A DNA stretch of 64,000 nucleotides, from assembly GCF_009914755.1 (NCBI RefSeq), contig NC_060928.1; one strand, given 5' to 3'. This stretch comes from the human T2T-CHM13v2.0 reference genome, Homo sapiens. Each line of letters begins with the position of its first letter. Position 1 is the first letter of the stretch. The translations under genes were made by a program, and so were the position numbers. Positions 26,700-39,727 of this stretch are shown here, in pieces. The notes under the pieces were generated by a model. It was not told where the DNA came from. It did no database searches and saw nothing but the letters and a program-made list of their open reading frames with translations.

Positions 26700-28100
26700 T
26701 GTGGACTATGATCAGAATTTTTATTTTTTTTAAATACACAAGAACAACTTGAAACATTTATAAACCTCTAAGTTACTTTCGTGAACATTTCTCATTTATT
26801 GTAGTCAGAGTTCCTTTCTACAAAAAGTAACTCTATGCCCAAAATATGTTGTAAATCTCTCTGCATATATTTCATCTACCTCACAAAAAAAGATTTATTT
26901 ATATTAAAGAATTGGTTATTATCTCATGTAAGATGCTGAAGCCTTAGAAAATTACAAATTAGTCATCATAGTTTATTAGTAATTATAGGTATGAAGAAGT
27001 ACAAACCAAGTATAGATTTATATTAAAGCATTTGAAAATTATTTTGGTCATGACTACAATAATAATACTGAATTGAAAATCCTCTTAACTACATATAAGA
27101 ACCCTATTCAAAGAGAATCCCTAACCAAAAAGCCTAGTATTAATTGAAAAACAGTGAGGAATGTTTTGTTTTGTTTTTGGTAAAGACATCTTTAAAAAGA
27201 CACATCAGACTGAATAGAAAAGTAACTTTTAAGATTAATATACTATGACCCAATAGGGTTTAATTCAGGAATGCAAGGATCGTTCATAATACATAAATTA
27301 ATTAATATCATTTACTCTACCATATCAAATATGAAAAGGACGTGATAATACTATACTAACCTCTTAATAAGCTAGAAATAAAAGGAAGCTTTAGTGGTAC
27401 AGTATGTCTATCAAAACAAAATAGCAATTATATACCTGAGTTTCATGAAACATAAGAGTTCTCCATATATTGGAAGTCAAGGATTTCTCCATACTATTAT
27501 ACGATATTTCCTATAGATCTAGCTAGTTTGGAAACACCAGAATAAGAAATGAAATGAATAAATATAGGAAAAGAAATAAGAAAATTATAATTTGCAGATT
27601 ACATTTTTAAAAAATGTACACATTGTGATTTCAATTTATTGGTGACAAAAATTAAAAATTAAAATAAAAATTTAAAAGAATCAGCTGAAAAATTTAACAT
27701 CCAATAAGATCATTTAGTAAGGCTTGAGATATAAAATAAATATGAAATCAGTTGCCTTCCAATGTATCACCAACAACCAGTTAAAACGAGGAAAATAAAT
27801 GCTATTAATAATAACCACAAAAATTACATAAAATCTAATTAAAGAATTAACAAGTAATGTGCCAGGTTTTTAAAATACTGTATTTTACTTTGCTACAAAC
27901 ATGTACTAGAGGACATAGAAGATCAGAACAAATATAGGAGACTTGTCACATTTCTGATGGAACATCTCGCTGTTATAATTAGGTAGTTCTCTCTAATTAC
28001 GTTCAGTATAATTCCTGTAAAATCCCAGTGAAGCTCTTTCTAGAATTTTTAGAGTAGGTCCTAAAGTTTGGCTAATTATTTATGTAAAAATAGGCAAAAA
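26700..28100 (+). mobile_element. Highly degenerate L1M ORF2 fragments
   Basis: tatgacccaatagggtttaattcaggaatgcaagg and aaatataggaaaagaa...tttgcagattac resemble L1 RT-region DNA. Confidence 0.55.
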
Positions 28101-28322
28101 AAAAAAAAAGCATGACAGCACATATACCATATTTCTGAAATGTGCAATTTAGATTAGCTAGGCCAGTTTTCTTATAAAATAAGGATTTCTAAACTTAAGA
28201 AAATGACTGTTTGCTCTTTTCTGTTTTAAAAAATGACTAAGATAAGATTACAAGTATTAAAAGAAGAGAGAGGGCCAAGCTGAAAGCAAAGAATTAAAAA
28301 AAAAAAAAAAAAAAACACCTGG

Positions 28323-28630
28323 GGCCAGGCATGGTGGCTTATGCCTGTAGTCCCAGCACTTTGGCAAGCCAAGGTGGCCAGATCACTTGAGCTCAGGAGT
28401 TCAAGACCAGCCAGGGTGACATGGCAAAACCCTGTCTCTACAAAAATACAAAAATTAACCTGCTGTGGTGGTGCATGCCTCTAGTCCCAGCTGTTTGGGA
28501 GGCTGAGATGGGAAGATGGCTTGAACCTGGAAAGTGGAGATTGCAGTGAGCCAAGATTGCACTCTGGCCTGGGTGACAGAGCTAGACTCTGTCTCAAAAT
28601 AACTAACCACATAAATAAATAAACAAAAAA
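28323..28630 (+). mobile_element. AluJ
   Basis: Dimeric Alu with J-type divergence and an (aaat)-type tail. Confidence 0.9.
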
Positions 28631-29070
28631 TCTTATATGTCATCTACAAGCAAAATTTAACAGATGTCCAATGGTACTTATTCAATGCAGACACCTAATT
28701 GCCTCTTGACAGCTGATTTAAAGAAAAATTTTAAATACTTACATGCCAATCAGTTTAGAAAAGCATCATCAACTGAACACTAAAGCCTAAATATCATAAG
28801 AATAATTTTTAAAGTATTTTTGTAGAAACAGGACAAAAACCCCTAAACTCTAAAGAAGAAAACAAAAGCAAACCTGTTATCTGCAGGACTCATAGGTACT
28901 GTCAGTTATATATCTTAAAGCAGTCCTTGAAGACGCATATTTAAAAGTCTACAACCTACAGCTGCGAGGAATAAAGCTGAGAGCCAAGCACCTTTTGTGT
29001 GAAGGACTTTAATGATTCCATTTAGTTTTAATGCCATCAGTGCATCAGTTGGATGTTTTCATACTTCTGA

Positions 29071-29376
<306 letters not shown>

Positions 29377-30057
29377 CTGATATTCTTTTATATCTGATAT
29401 CTGTTACTCATTGGGAAATTCATTTTAGATTATTAAATCTTTAAGCTAGATATAAATTATATTTTTACCAACACACTTTAGTCAGTATGTCTACAGTAAT
29501 GCCAACACAGGCAGTTACTACCACAACAATGTATAGGTCAGTAAGCTACTCCCTGGTGAAGAATGAGATGATCTATTATCTTAGTAGAAATCCAAGTTAA
29601 AAAACTTTCTGCTTTGGGAAGAATGTTAGTGTGCTCTTTCCAAGAGTTAACATCCACCTTTGATGAAGGAAAACCATTGCTGTTGCCCAACTATAATTAG
29701 TCTTTTTCTCTAGGAGACTGGACAGTTTTAGCAAAATCTTAACATTGAAGGGGAAAAAAATTTTTCATTCCCTGAGAACATTATTCTTCTGTCTACATAG
29801 GTAATAAAATAGCGCTTAGCAATGTATTCACGTAATTAGATTGTAGAGTGCTTGTAACTGAAGACCCATTTTTTAATTTAAGTAATTGCATCAATTTCAA
29901 ATTCACAAAATATACGTGGAAATCACCTTAGTGTATTTGTTGTTTGAACAAATGTTTATGGAATACCTATTCTGCATTAGTACCAGTATCTAGGTGAGAA
30001 TTGCAGTCTTAAAAATTAAGAAAAAAAAAGGTGCTGGGAAATCCAAAGCCTACTGCC

Positions 30058-30059
<2 letters not shown>

Positions 30060-30101
<42 letters not shown>
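30060..30101. repeat. (GT)n microsatellite
   Basis: About 21 perfect GT units. Confidence 0.95.
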
Positions 30102-30103
<2 letters not shown>

Positions 30104-31344
30104 AAATAAGCTGTTCTGCACTTGGCAAGGTTTTCGGGTGCTTCTATTTGTAGAATTTGGGATTAAAGTGGCTTCTGTTAGTGCTAAGGATCACACTGAA
30201 TCAGACAATTCAACTGGCCCCAACCTAACTTGCAAAGACCTATCTCTGGTCATCAAACAGAGGCAAATTTATCTACTCTGATTCTTTAAGTTGAAGAAAG
30301 GGAACATATATATATAATTTAGTTAGTAACATAATTATTTGATTTTGTTAATTAATACATAACATATATATATATATATATATATATAGTTACATATTAG
30401 TTAGCATTAATCTTACGAACTAATAATACAAAAGACCTTTCCTTGGCAGTTTTCACATTCCCTCCATCCTGGACTTTGTTTCTGTTCTGTTCAGATTTAT
30501 TACACAAATTTACCTCTGATCTCTGCATTCTTCCAGTAAACTAGAAACACAAGACCTTTAAGGAAGTGTGAGGGAAGTAGGCAAAATGAAACCAGACAAA
30601 AGTCCACTCTTTGAAGTGAGAATTTCACTGTGGAGCCAGGAGAGCCACGTGTTCCTACTGTCAACCCGTCTATCCTGCCCCAACCCTGTTTCCTGTGGGA
30701 GCCCAGTTAGAACTTCCCTTTCTGGGTTTCCCTCAAAGCTGACCTGGCTGCAAGGCAGCAAAGACAGAACCACCCTCTACCCTCTGACCCCTTGCATCTA
30801 TGCTGGGGGAAATGAGTCTCCCTAAGCCTACACTTTGCATGGCCTGGCTGTAGGAACCCAAGTTTGGTGCATGTTCTTCACTGAGTCCTTGAGTGAGCAT
30901 TAGGGGAGATACTCATGAATCAGATTAGCCCTGAGGATTAGCCTCTAACAGCCCAGGGTCCTGCTTTTATGAACCCACTCCCCCCAACAAGTCAGTCAAC
31001 TCTTGCACCAAAAACACAGCATTCTATTCCCACTACCTTTCCTGAAGTTTTGCCCAAATTTGGGTAGTGTGAGGCTATTAACCTGTTGGACCTCAGTGGC
31101 CAGAATTTTCACCAGAGAGGGAGGACACCAGCCCTATTCCCTACAGATTTGAAGCTGGCAGGATACCAACTGCTGCCTAGAGTTGCTTCCTCTCCATTCC
31201 TTTTTTCTTTTTCCAGAACCCTTATGTGTCTTCTACAATGACTTACCCATGAACCATTGTTATTTTTCCTTTTAAGAAGGATCTAATAGTATTATTAAAT
31301 AGTGTTATTATCTGATTGTAATCTTAGATGTATCTAAAATTAGA

Positions 31345-32073
31345 GAGGTGCTAGTCTTGTTTTACTTTGTAATGTTCAAACCTTCCCTTAGAATACTGGA
31401 GTCTTCCGCCTTGGATTCAGACTCTCCTGATGACCCACCCTTGGGACCCTTAGACCAGGCAGCCAGAGATTGCCATGCCCTCATTGGCAGAGCCAATGCC
31501 CTTAATCAGCAGGAAGTAGATACAGAAGACTGACTTCCTCCCACATCAAGCCTTAAGGATAAGGGATAGAAATCTTTAAGTGGGGGGGATGAGACAGGAA
31601 TAATACAGGGTGGTCACAGATTAGGAAAATCCCAGGCAGCAGTTTCACATGACTAGCAAAAGGAAACTTGAAATAGCTGCAGAGGCCATGGGCTGATAAG
31701 ACCCTGAAAAACAGCATGTGGATCAAGCTGGCTAAGACCAATTGAACCCAACATGGTGCTGGATTTGCCCTAGGTTTCACCTAGGACCTCATTATACACT
31801 CATTAACATACAAATCACACACCCACCAGCACCATGACAGTTCTGGGACCACCCATATTTGGTGTAAAAATGAGTGACACCACAGTTCTGAGAAATTGTT
31901 ACCTTTTTCCAGGAATCTTCATGAATATTCCACCCCTCGGCTAAAGAAATGATGAAAATAGGAACCCCAACCCCCTTGTATGATTCTCTCTTGAGTATGT
32001 CCGCACTCCACTTTCTTGAGTGTGTACTTTTCACTTTGCAACAAGTCTCTGTACTTTCACTAAAAAAATAAAT
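31345..32073 (+). mobile_element. Retroposed MER41-family ERV1 3' end: internal tail, PPT, U3-R of a MER41C-like LTR (from 31590), A-tail
   Basis: Env-tail-like GPLDQ...QQEV; G-rich PPT immediately before TGAGACAGGAATAATACAGGG; LTR stops at 32061 and is followed by an A-rich tail; flanking aaattaga repeats. Confidence 0.75.
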
Positions 32074-32119
32074 AAATTAGACTCTTTAAACATAAAGAAG
32101 GATATAGGCAAAATGGCAG

Positions 32120-32420
32120 TCATTCAGGGGGAGCAGCCAGGACAATAAGGAAGCTTGAAACCATTCCATATGAAAAATGGTCAAAGAGCTAAAATACTGA
32201 CCAGGAAAAGAGATGCCTCCAGGGATATATGAGAGTTATTTTTCAATGATTGAGGATTTATCTTGTGGGAGAGATATTAAAATCGATCTATCTGTACTCC
32301 TAGTGATGGAACTTATAGGAAATGAAATATTTCTACTTAACACAGGAAGATATTTCGTTGTTAATTCAAAGATGGGCTGGGCAACACAGAGAAGTGGTTC
32401 TCAGTAGTTCCCATCTTTAA
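32120..32420 (+). mobile_element. L3/CR1 fragment
   Basis: gaaaccattccatatgaaaaatggtcaaagagct...ggaaaagaga resembles the L3 3' region. Confidence 0.5.
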
Positions 32421-32720
32421 GACCAGGCACCCCATACATAACTGAGCAAGTCCAACGAAGTCATTCTTCACACCCTCTCTGCATTTCTTCCTCACCCTTC
32501 AGATCCATCTCCATCTCTCCATCTACCCATCATCATCTTTTCCCTGGGAGACTACAGTCACCTCCTAATTGGTCTCCTTGCATCCATTCTGGCCCCTCCA
32601 ATCTGTCTGCCATCCTGCAGAAAAGTGTGAGCTTTACACAATGCAAGTCTGAAATTTTAACACAGCCAGCTGCCTGTCTTTTTAATGTCTTCCTCTTTGC
32701 TTGGAAAAACAGGACCCAAA

Positions 32721-33093
<373 letters not shown>

Positions 33094-33559
33094 TCAGTCC
33101 CTGGGAAATATTTTGCTTTTTCTTACAACAGGACTGTGCACATAAAATTCCTTCTACCTGGAATCTCTACTTGCTGCCCTAGTCCCCTGGCCAATTCACT
33201 GATACTTGTAGTTAGAAGCTCCACTTCCCACCCTCCAAACCAGCATCATTAAGATTCCTGTAACACACTCTCAAACAACCATGGTGGTTTGCTTTATTAT
33301 TAACACCCCTCTCACATAATAACATTCTTTTCTGTGATTACTTCCTGTCTCCCATATTATATGATTGTTTGCATAAAGGTACATGTTGAAGCTTAGTGGG
33401 TGCCCACATTTATTTACGGAATGGGTGAATTCATAAGTCTCTGCAGGGGTTTGTGAGAACCTGATTACTTGGAAGGGGTAGCAAAAAAGGGTACAGGCGG
33501 CTAGAGCAGATGGTTAGGTCCCTAGCAATCTTGAGAGTCTGTCCATTTTGTGTAATTGA

Positions 33560-33685
<126 letters not shown>

Positions 33686-33696
33686 CAATGACAAAA

Positions 33697-33712
33697 CCAG
33701 CAGGTGGCAGCA
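33697..33712 (+). promoter_or_regulatory. Candidate CTCF motif
   Basis: CCAGCAGGTGGCAGCA closely matches the CTCF core consensus. Confidence 0.5.
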
Positions 33713-35340
33713 GTAGTTAAGAGAACGCGTCTATCGGACAGCGGAGAGATCATGCTGAGAAAAGAGTGCATTTTCATATAGCAAATGGATCTCAGCCACT
33801 GTTGGAGTGGGTAAATGATTTTTTTCCCCAAAAATGTGAGAATGAAGGAAGATTGAGTTTCATTCAAGTATAAAAATGAAAATTTCTTCTGATGAACTGT
33901 TTATGAAGGTAGTACTTTACTGGGTGACTAAAATGTCTACATTATTATAGCATTACATACGAGGATGCTCTTTTTACCACAGTATGTACCTAGTGTTGCA
34001 TAATCTAGAACACAGTATAGAGTCCATATACAAAGAAGTTACAGCCCATATTTCTCACCTATTACCCCAGTGAAGTGAGGCAGAAATACCTTGGGCGAGG
34101 AGGGAGAGCCTTACCTTCTAATGGAATTAGATTCCAAAGATATTTGGATCCTTTGTTTCATAAAGTAAATGCATAGTTGGTAACTAAATGTTAAAAAGGC
34201 CATTTTATTATTGTTAGCCAAAACTTCTGTTTATTTCAAGTTAATATCGCCCAACTCTACATCATCTACCCATTTTAGCTCATAATGCTTTTGATTATCG
34301 CCAGATAAAGTCCATTCTCAGAGAACAAAAATTTTTCATCATTGAGAAAATGTGCATAACATAATACATACATACACAAGTATATTCACGTACATAAATA
34401 CACACAGATATGTTGCTAAAGTGAGATTGTAGGTTATCAGTAACAATTTAAAGGAAACAACCACTCTTTTGAATGTACAATTTTTTTTTCTGAAATACAC
34501 TTTTCTAAAACCCTCTTAACTGGAGGTTTCCTGTTTTCTTCTTGTTTTAACTGGTGGTTTCCAGTAGGCAAAATAAAATGACAGGCATGCTAGTTTTTTT
34601 TGTTTTTTTTTTTTAAGAAAACTGAAATTAAGCCAGGCAGGGTGGCGCACTACTATAATCCCAGCTGCTGGGGCGGCTGAAGTAGGAGGGTCACTTAGCC
34701 CAAGAGTGCAAATCTGCCAGCCTAGGCAACATAGCAAGGTCCCATCTCTAAAAAAGAAATTTAATTTAAATTTGTAAGAAAAAAGAAAACTGAAACAGAA
34801 CTGCCAGTACAATGTTTGTTGCAATTGTTTCCAAAACTTTGAAATAACGAAACCCCTATTCAAATGTAAATTTTACCCATTCCCACCTGATAGTACTGTT
34901 TATTACTTTGCTATGCAGGAGAAACAAAACAGCTTTTTATTTGTGTGTATACTCTGAAGTCAATGTGCATGGGTTAAATCCCACCTCTGCTTCATTTTAT
35001 TTGTGTGGCTTTGGACAAGTTCCTAAGCCCTCTGTGTCAGGTCCCTCATTAACAAAATGGAGTTTATGATGGCATCTACCTCACATGGTTATTGTGTGGT
35101 TGAAATTAGTTAAAATCTGTAAAGTATGTTGATGAGTATCTGGTACTTGGCAAACACTATATAATTGTTAGCTTTATTATTATGTGTTGTTTGAAGGGGA
35201 AAAAAGTTTTTGTAGATTGGAGAACACCATGTAAGAGCTACTAAGCTCACCACCTTCCCATCCAAACAATTATTACTCCTCTAAATGAATACTACTTAAA
35301 AGTGATGGAGCTTCTGTTTGTTTATTGAATTGCTAATACA

Positions 35341-35425
35341 AATAAATATTTGACTATAACTTCTTATACTCATTTTAATTTTAACCTGAAATGTCATTAA
35401 ATTATGCTGATAAACTTTGAATAAA
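35341..35425 (+). terminator. Candidate polyadenylation signals (AATAAA at 35341 and 35420)
   Basis: Canonical hexamers in AT-rich context with downstream T-rich tracts. Confidence 0.5.
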
Positions 35426-35588
35426 TTGTGATACAAAAGCTATTTTTCTCATTTAAATATATTTTAGAATTTTATATTGGATAACTTTTAATTATTCTTT
35501 AGTTGGGATTTCCAATTTATATGCAAAATTTTAAATGTGAAGTAAAGCAGTTTCAGAAGAAAAATGAAAAATCAGTCTTATTACCTCT

Positions 35589-35727
35589 ATATAATTTATA
35601 TATATCCCTATATATACTTTGTATATATATATACACACATTTATATATGTATATATATACACATTTATATATGTGTGTATATATATACACATTTATATAT
35701 ATGTGTGTGTATATATATATACACATT

Positions 35728-35769
<42 letters not shown>

Positions 35770-35781
35770 CACACACACACA
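35589..35781. repeat. Compound (TA)/(TG)/(CA) repeat with recurring acacatttatatat units
   Basis: Directly visible; source of spurious ORFs at 35503-35859. Confidence 0.9.
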
Positions 35782-36414
35782 GACCTCTATATAGTATATA
35801 GTTTCTGGTACCAAACAAGCTTTTTCAAAATGGTTACCAAAAAGCAACTTATTATTTAGAGGCTAGTCTAAATGGGCAGTTGCCAAATCTGCATTTTGTT
35901 TGCTCACCTTAGGAAGTGAATGCCTAACTCTCTTGAGACTTTTAGGTTTTATTTCTCCTAATCTAGTATGGCTAAATTCTAGTGTTTATTTTACATTTTT
36001 CTGGCCTGGCTTTCTGTCAAATGGCAACCCCATCTGTACTAAAGAGATCCTGCCATCTTGTGTACAGAGACAGAACTACATTCAGTAGAAGTAGCAGCCA
36101 ATAAGGCTTGTATCAGATTATGGAAATTTTCTACCATAGGAACAGAAAATCCTAATAAATTTTAAAGGATTAATAGCACAGCATCTCCCCGAACTACAAA
36201 ATCTTCTTTTATTCCTGACATACTGATTTATTTATATTCAGAGTTACTAACTACTAGACTTATAAGTCTCAATATTGATAGAGCTAAAAAACACATTGCG
36301 TAAAGGCAAGTTGTGGAACCATGTGCATAGCATAACATTTAGGTAAATTTTTAGTAACCAAAGTAATAAATACTTTCTATAAATACGTATTTATGTAAAA
36401 AAAAAAAAAGGAAT

Positions 36415-37030
36415 TTAGCTACTAATAGTCTACTGTTGACCAGAAACCTTACCTGTAACATAAACAGTTAACACATATTTTGTATGTTATATATATTATA
36501 TACTATATTTTTACAGTAATCTAGAGAAAATAAAATATTGTTAAGAAAATTATAGGGAAGAGAAAATAAATTTACAGTATTATACTATATTTACCGATAC
36601 CATAAGTTTGCATCATCTGATTGCAAGAAGAATCTTCTGAAATGTTGGGCAACTGCATCTGCAGACCTCAATCTGTGGTACATATCAAGCAATTCAACTT
36701 TTTCTAATAATGTCATGACTTTTCTCTGCTTCTTGGGAGCACTTCCAGCATCACTAGTCGAGGTCCATATGGGTCCCATGGTGTTATCCAAGGTTTACAA
36801 GGTTTAATTTTATTGCAATAAAAAATGATGAAAAATATACAGGAACTGCAAGAGATCATAACCACCAGAGGCAATTGACTGGAGAGACAGTTGACTCACC
36901 TGGAGATGATTAGCACCACATGGTGCTTTAAGTGGATAGTCGCAACGCTAGAGCTCACCACAATAGCAACGGAGATTTTATAATAGATTTATGTATATTT
37001 TACGGTAGTAAATGATAAAATAGACTAGTG
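36415..37030 (-). mobile_element. Tigger2-like DNA transposon fragment with transposase N-terminal HTH relic
   Basis: ORF 36591-36791(-) SDAGSAPKKQRKVMTLLEKVELLDMYHRLRSADAVAQHF resembles a pogo/Tigger psq-type HTH. Confidence 0.75.
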
Positions 37031-37037
37031 TATATAT

Positions 37038-37260
37038 CTATAGTATTATATATATTATATATAGTATTATATATTATATATAGTATTATATATATTATAT
37101 ATAGTATTATATATTATATATAGTATTATATATATTATATATAGTATTATATATTATATATGGTATTATATATAATATATAGTATTATATATATTATATA
37201 TAGTATTATGTATATATTATGTAGTATTATATATATTATATATATATATATATATATTAT
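37038..37260. repeat. AT-rich minisatellite, 20/22-bp unit (tatagtattatata[ta]ttata)
   Basis: About 10 tandem units seen directly. Confidence 0.9.
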
Positions 37261-37274
37261 TCATCACATACACA

Positions 37275-37715
37275 AAAAGTTCACCTCACTTGGCAAGAGG
37301 GACTTGCATGTGTCAATAAGGACCTTGAGACTGGAAGACCCTGGATTATCCAGGTGGTCACAGTGTAATCTCAAGGGTCCTTGAAAGTGGAAGAGAAGAA
37401 TCAGAGTTGAGAAGGAGATAAGGTGATGGAAATGGAGGTCAGAGTGATGTCCTATGAGAAGGACTAAACCCATGCATTGTTGACTTTCAAGATGAGGGAA
37501 GGGAACACAGGCCAAGAAATGTGGGCAGCTTCTAGAAGCTGGAAAAGAGAAGGAAACAGATTCACCCCTACAGCCTCCAGAAAGGCACAGCCTTGCCAGT
37601 CCCTTGGTGTTAGCCCATGTCAGGCTCCTAACCTACAGAACTATAAGAAACAACATTTGTATTGTTTTAAGCCACTAAATTTGTGATAATTTGTTACATT
37701 AGCAATGGAAATACA
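37275..37715 (+). mobile_element. MLT1 (MaLR) LTR
   Basis: ctggattatccaggtgg...gccaagaaatgtgggcagcttctagaagctggaaaag...tgttttaagccactaaatttgtgataatttgttaca. Confidence 0.8.
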
Positions 37716-39682
37716 GAGTTACATGACTTTTTTAATAATAATTTTCAATGTAAATGTAATATTTTTACATCTTATAGAAACTTAGAAAGTTTCAAACTCC
37801 ACATATCACTTATTTATCTCATTGCTACCCCTCTTTTTCCTCTTCTTTGGGTACATTAGAAGGAATACAACTTTTGTTCTGGATTTATACAAAGAAACAA
37901 ACTGGTGTTTTCTCATATCATTCCCACTCTTAGAGTCTTAGAAGGTTTCAAATTTGCAAACAGAGATGCATTGGATATGGTAATGAGATTACTGATCTGA
38001 GAGCCAAAAAACTTCGATGATCCTCCTGGCCTTGCCTCTGGTAGGTAACATCACTTTGTGAGGTATTTTAACTTCCTCATATTTGTAAAATGGTTGTTTT
38101 CAACTAAAGGAATTCTAAATTTATGCAAACATAAAACTTTGTCACTATGGAGACATTCTAGTGGTATAATTTAATAGTATCCCAAGTTGCTTCAAGGTTC
38201 ACCTTACATATTTGTATCCCACTCCTGAAGTACATAATGGGACGGGACCCACCAAACATTGAATAGAGTCACCCCTTTGCAAACTGATAAGGTGGCCTGG
38301 CACTCTCTTTTTTGAAATCCTAAGTGTGGGCACTTACAACGCTTTAAATTGAGGCCCCCAATACTGATAAAATAGGAAAAGTCTCATTTTAACATGTGAC
38401 TCTCAAAATAGGTCCACATTTTTTGTGTGGGTTCCCTACTCACATATGGACTAGTAAAATCCACATCCATTTACCTTAATTCAACAGTATCATCTGTGTT
38501 ATAAAGATGTTCAAGTTAAGCATTTCACATGTGTAAATGCATTTGATATTCATTTTAAAATCCATATTATTTTGTAGGTAAGGGAACTGAGCCTCAGTAA
38601 ATTGTAGTGCCTTATTTTTAGCCATGCTGCAAGTATGTGACAAAATCAGAACTTTGAGTCAGGATTTTCTACTCTAATCATTTAATATTCATGAAATGTC
38701 AACCATGTGTGAGGCATGGAGGATAGAGAAAGAACTACAGAGACAGGGCTCTACGCTACCCCTCAAAAGGAGCCTACATTCAGCTTATGGTGTCATTTCC
38801 TTGATTAAGCTTCTCCTCCTCTTGTCTGTCTCCTACAATACTAGCCCATTTCTCCACTTCACACTCTCATTATTTTAGACACTTTTGTCTCTCCTCAGAG
38901 CTACGGGCTTCTTGATCTCACAGTACATTTCTGATTTACCTTTGTAGTTTCCCTTCACTGATTTAGGTAGCCAATACAACATTTTTGCAAAATAAGTACA
39001 ATGAATATTTACTGAATGAATGCAAGTAAGCTAAATCCTAAAGGCCTCATTTGGTGCTAAAATTATCTTGTGTCTCCTATTTAGGTTTCACACTGAAAGA
39101 AGCAGTTTGAGAAACTGCTTAATTAAAAGACATTCAAATTCAAGACAATTTACACTTTCACTCTGTAATCATTTTCATAATAGCTCACATCCAATTAATA
39201 CAGTGGATAAAACTTAAAAAGTTTAATGGGAAACCCTTTTAAATACTCTTTAGTTGTCAGAAAGAACAAAAGTAAAACTTGTAATTCCTGTCACATCTTC
39301 CTCAGTTCAAAGAGTATTTTACAGTTAGAATAAAAAAAGGAGCCAAATAAAATCACTTAGGTTTTTCTTTTTTTCTTGTTTTTTTTCTTTGAGGCTCAAG
39401 GAGTACATTCACAAAAATAAATTATATTGGCTCCCATATGAAATTATCAGGGATGACATTAAAACTAAGCAGCCAAGGAAAACATGTTGGTGCAGGCTTT
39501 AGTTTTTCTCTAAATAGAAAAATTAATATTCTAAGTAATTTTGAAATTTAAAATATTAAATTTATTAAAGCTGTAATGAATTATACATTGCTCCCTTAAG
39601 GAAAAAAAAAATATCAGTACCTGTAAGATGTATCTGACATTCACAAACAGTAACCACCCAAAAACACCAGGTTTGGTTGCTG

Positions 39683-39727
39683 GATTAAGATTCTAAAATC
39701 TGATATTCTGATTTTAGAATCTTAATC
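39683..39727. repeat. Perfect 18-bp inverted repeat with 9-nt spacer
   Basis: gattaagattctaaaatc-tgatattct-gattttagaatcttaatc. Confidence 0.95.

Larger units (their letters stand above)
33686..35450 (+). other. TMEM144: TMEM144 3'UTR (end approximate), containing a FLAM/Alu monomer (~34631-34760) and a MIR (~34950-35175)
   Basis: Follows the stop codon; AATAAA at 35341 and 35420; cleavage site cannot be fixed from DNA alone. Confidence 0.6.

Noticed and set aside
30558-31200. GC-richer stretch with 71-85 aa ORFs
   Set aside because: Probably an old LTR remnant that I could not assign; no splice or homology support
35503-35859. ORFs rich in Y/I/C/V/H/T (also near 10650, 25197, 29994, 37160)
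   Set aside because: Dinucleotide-repeat translations
36861-36875. Third CTCF-like motif ccaccagaggcaa
   Set aside because: Lacks one G of the core and lies inside a Tigger fragment
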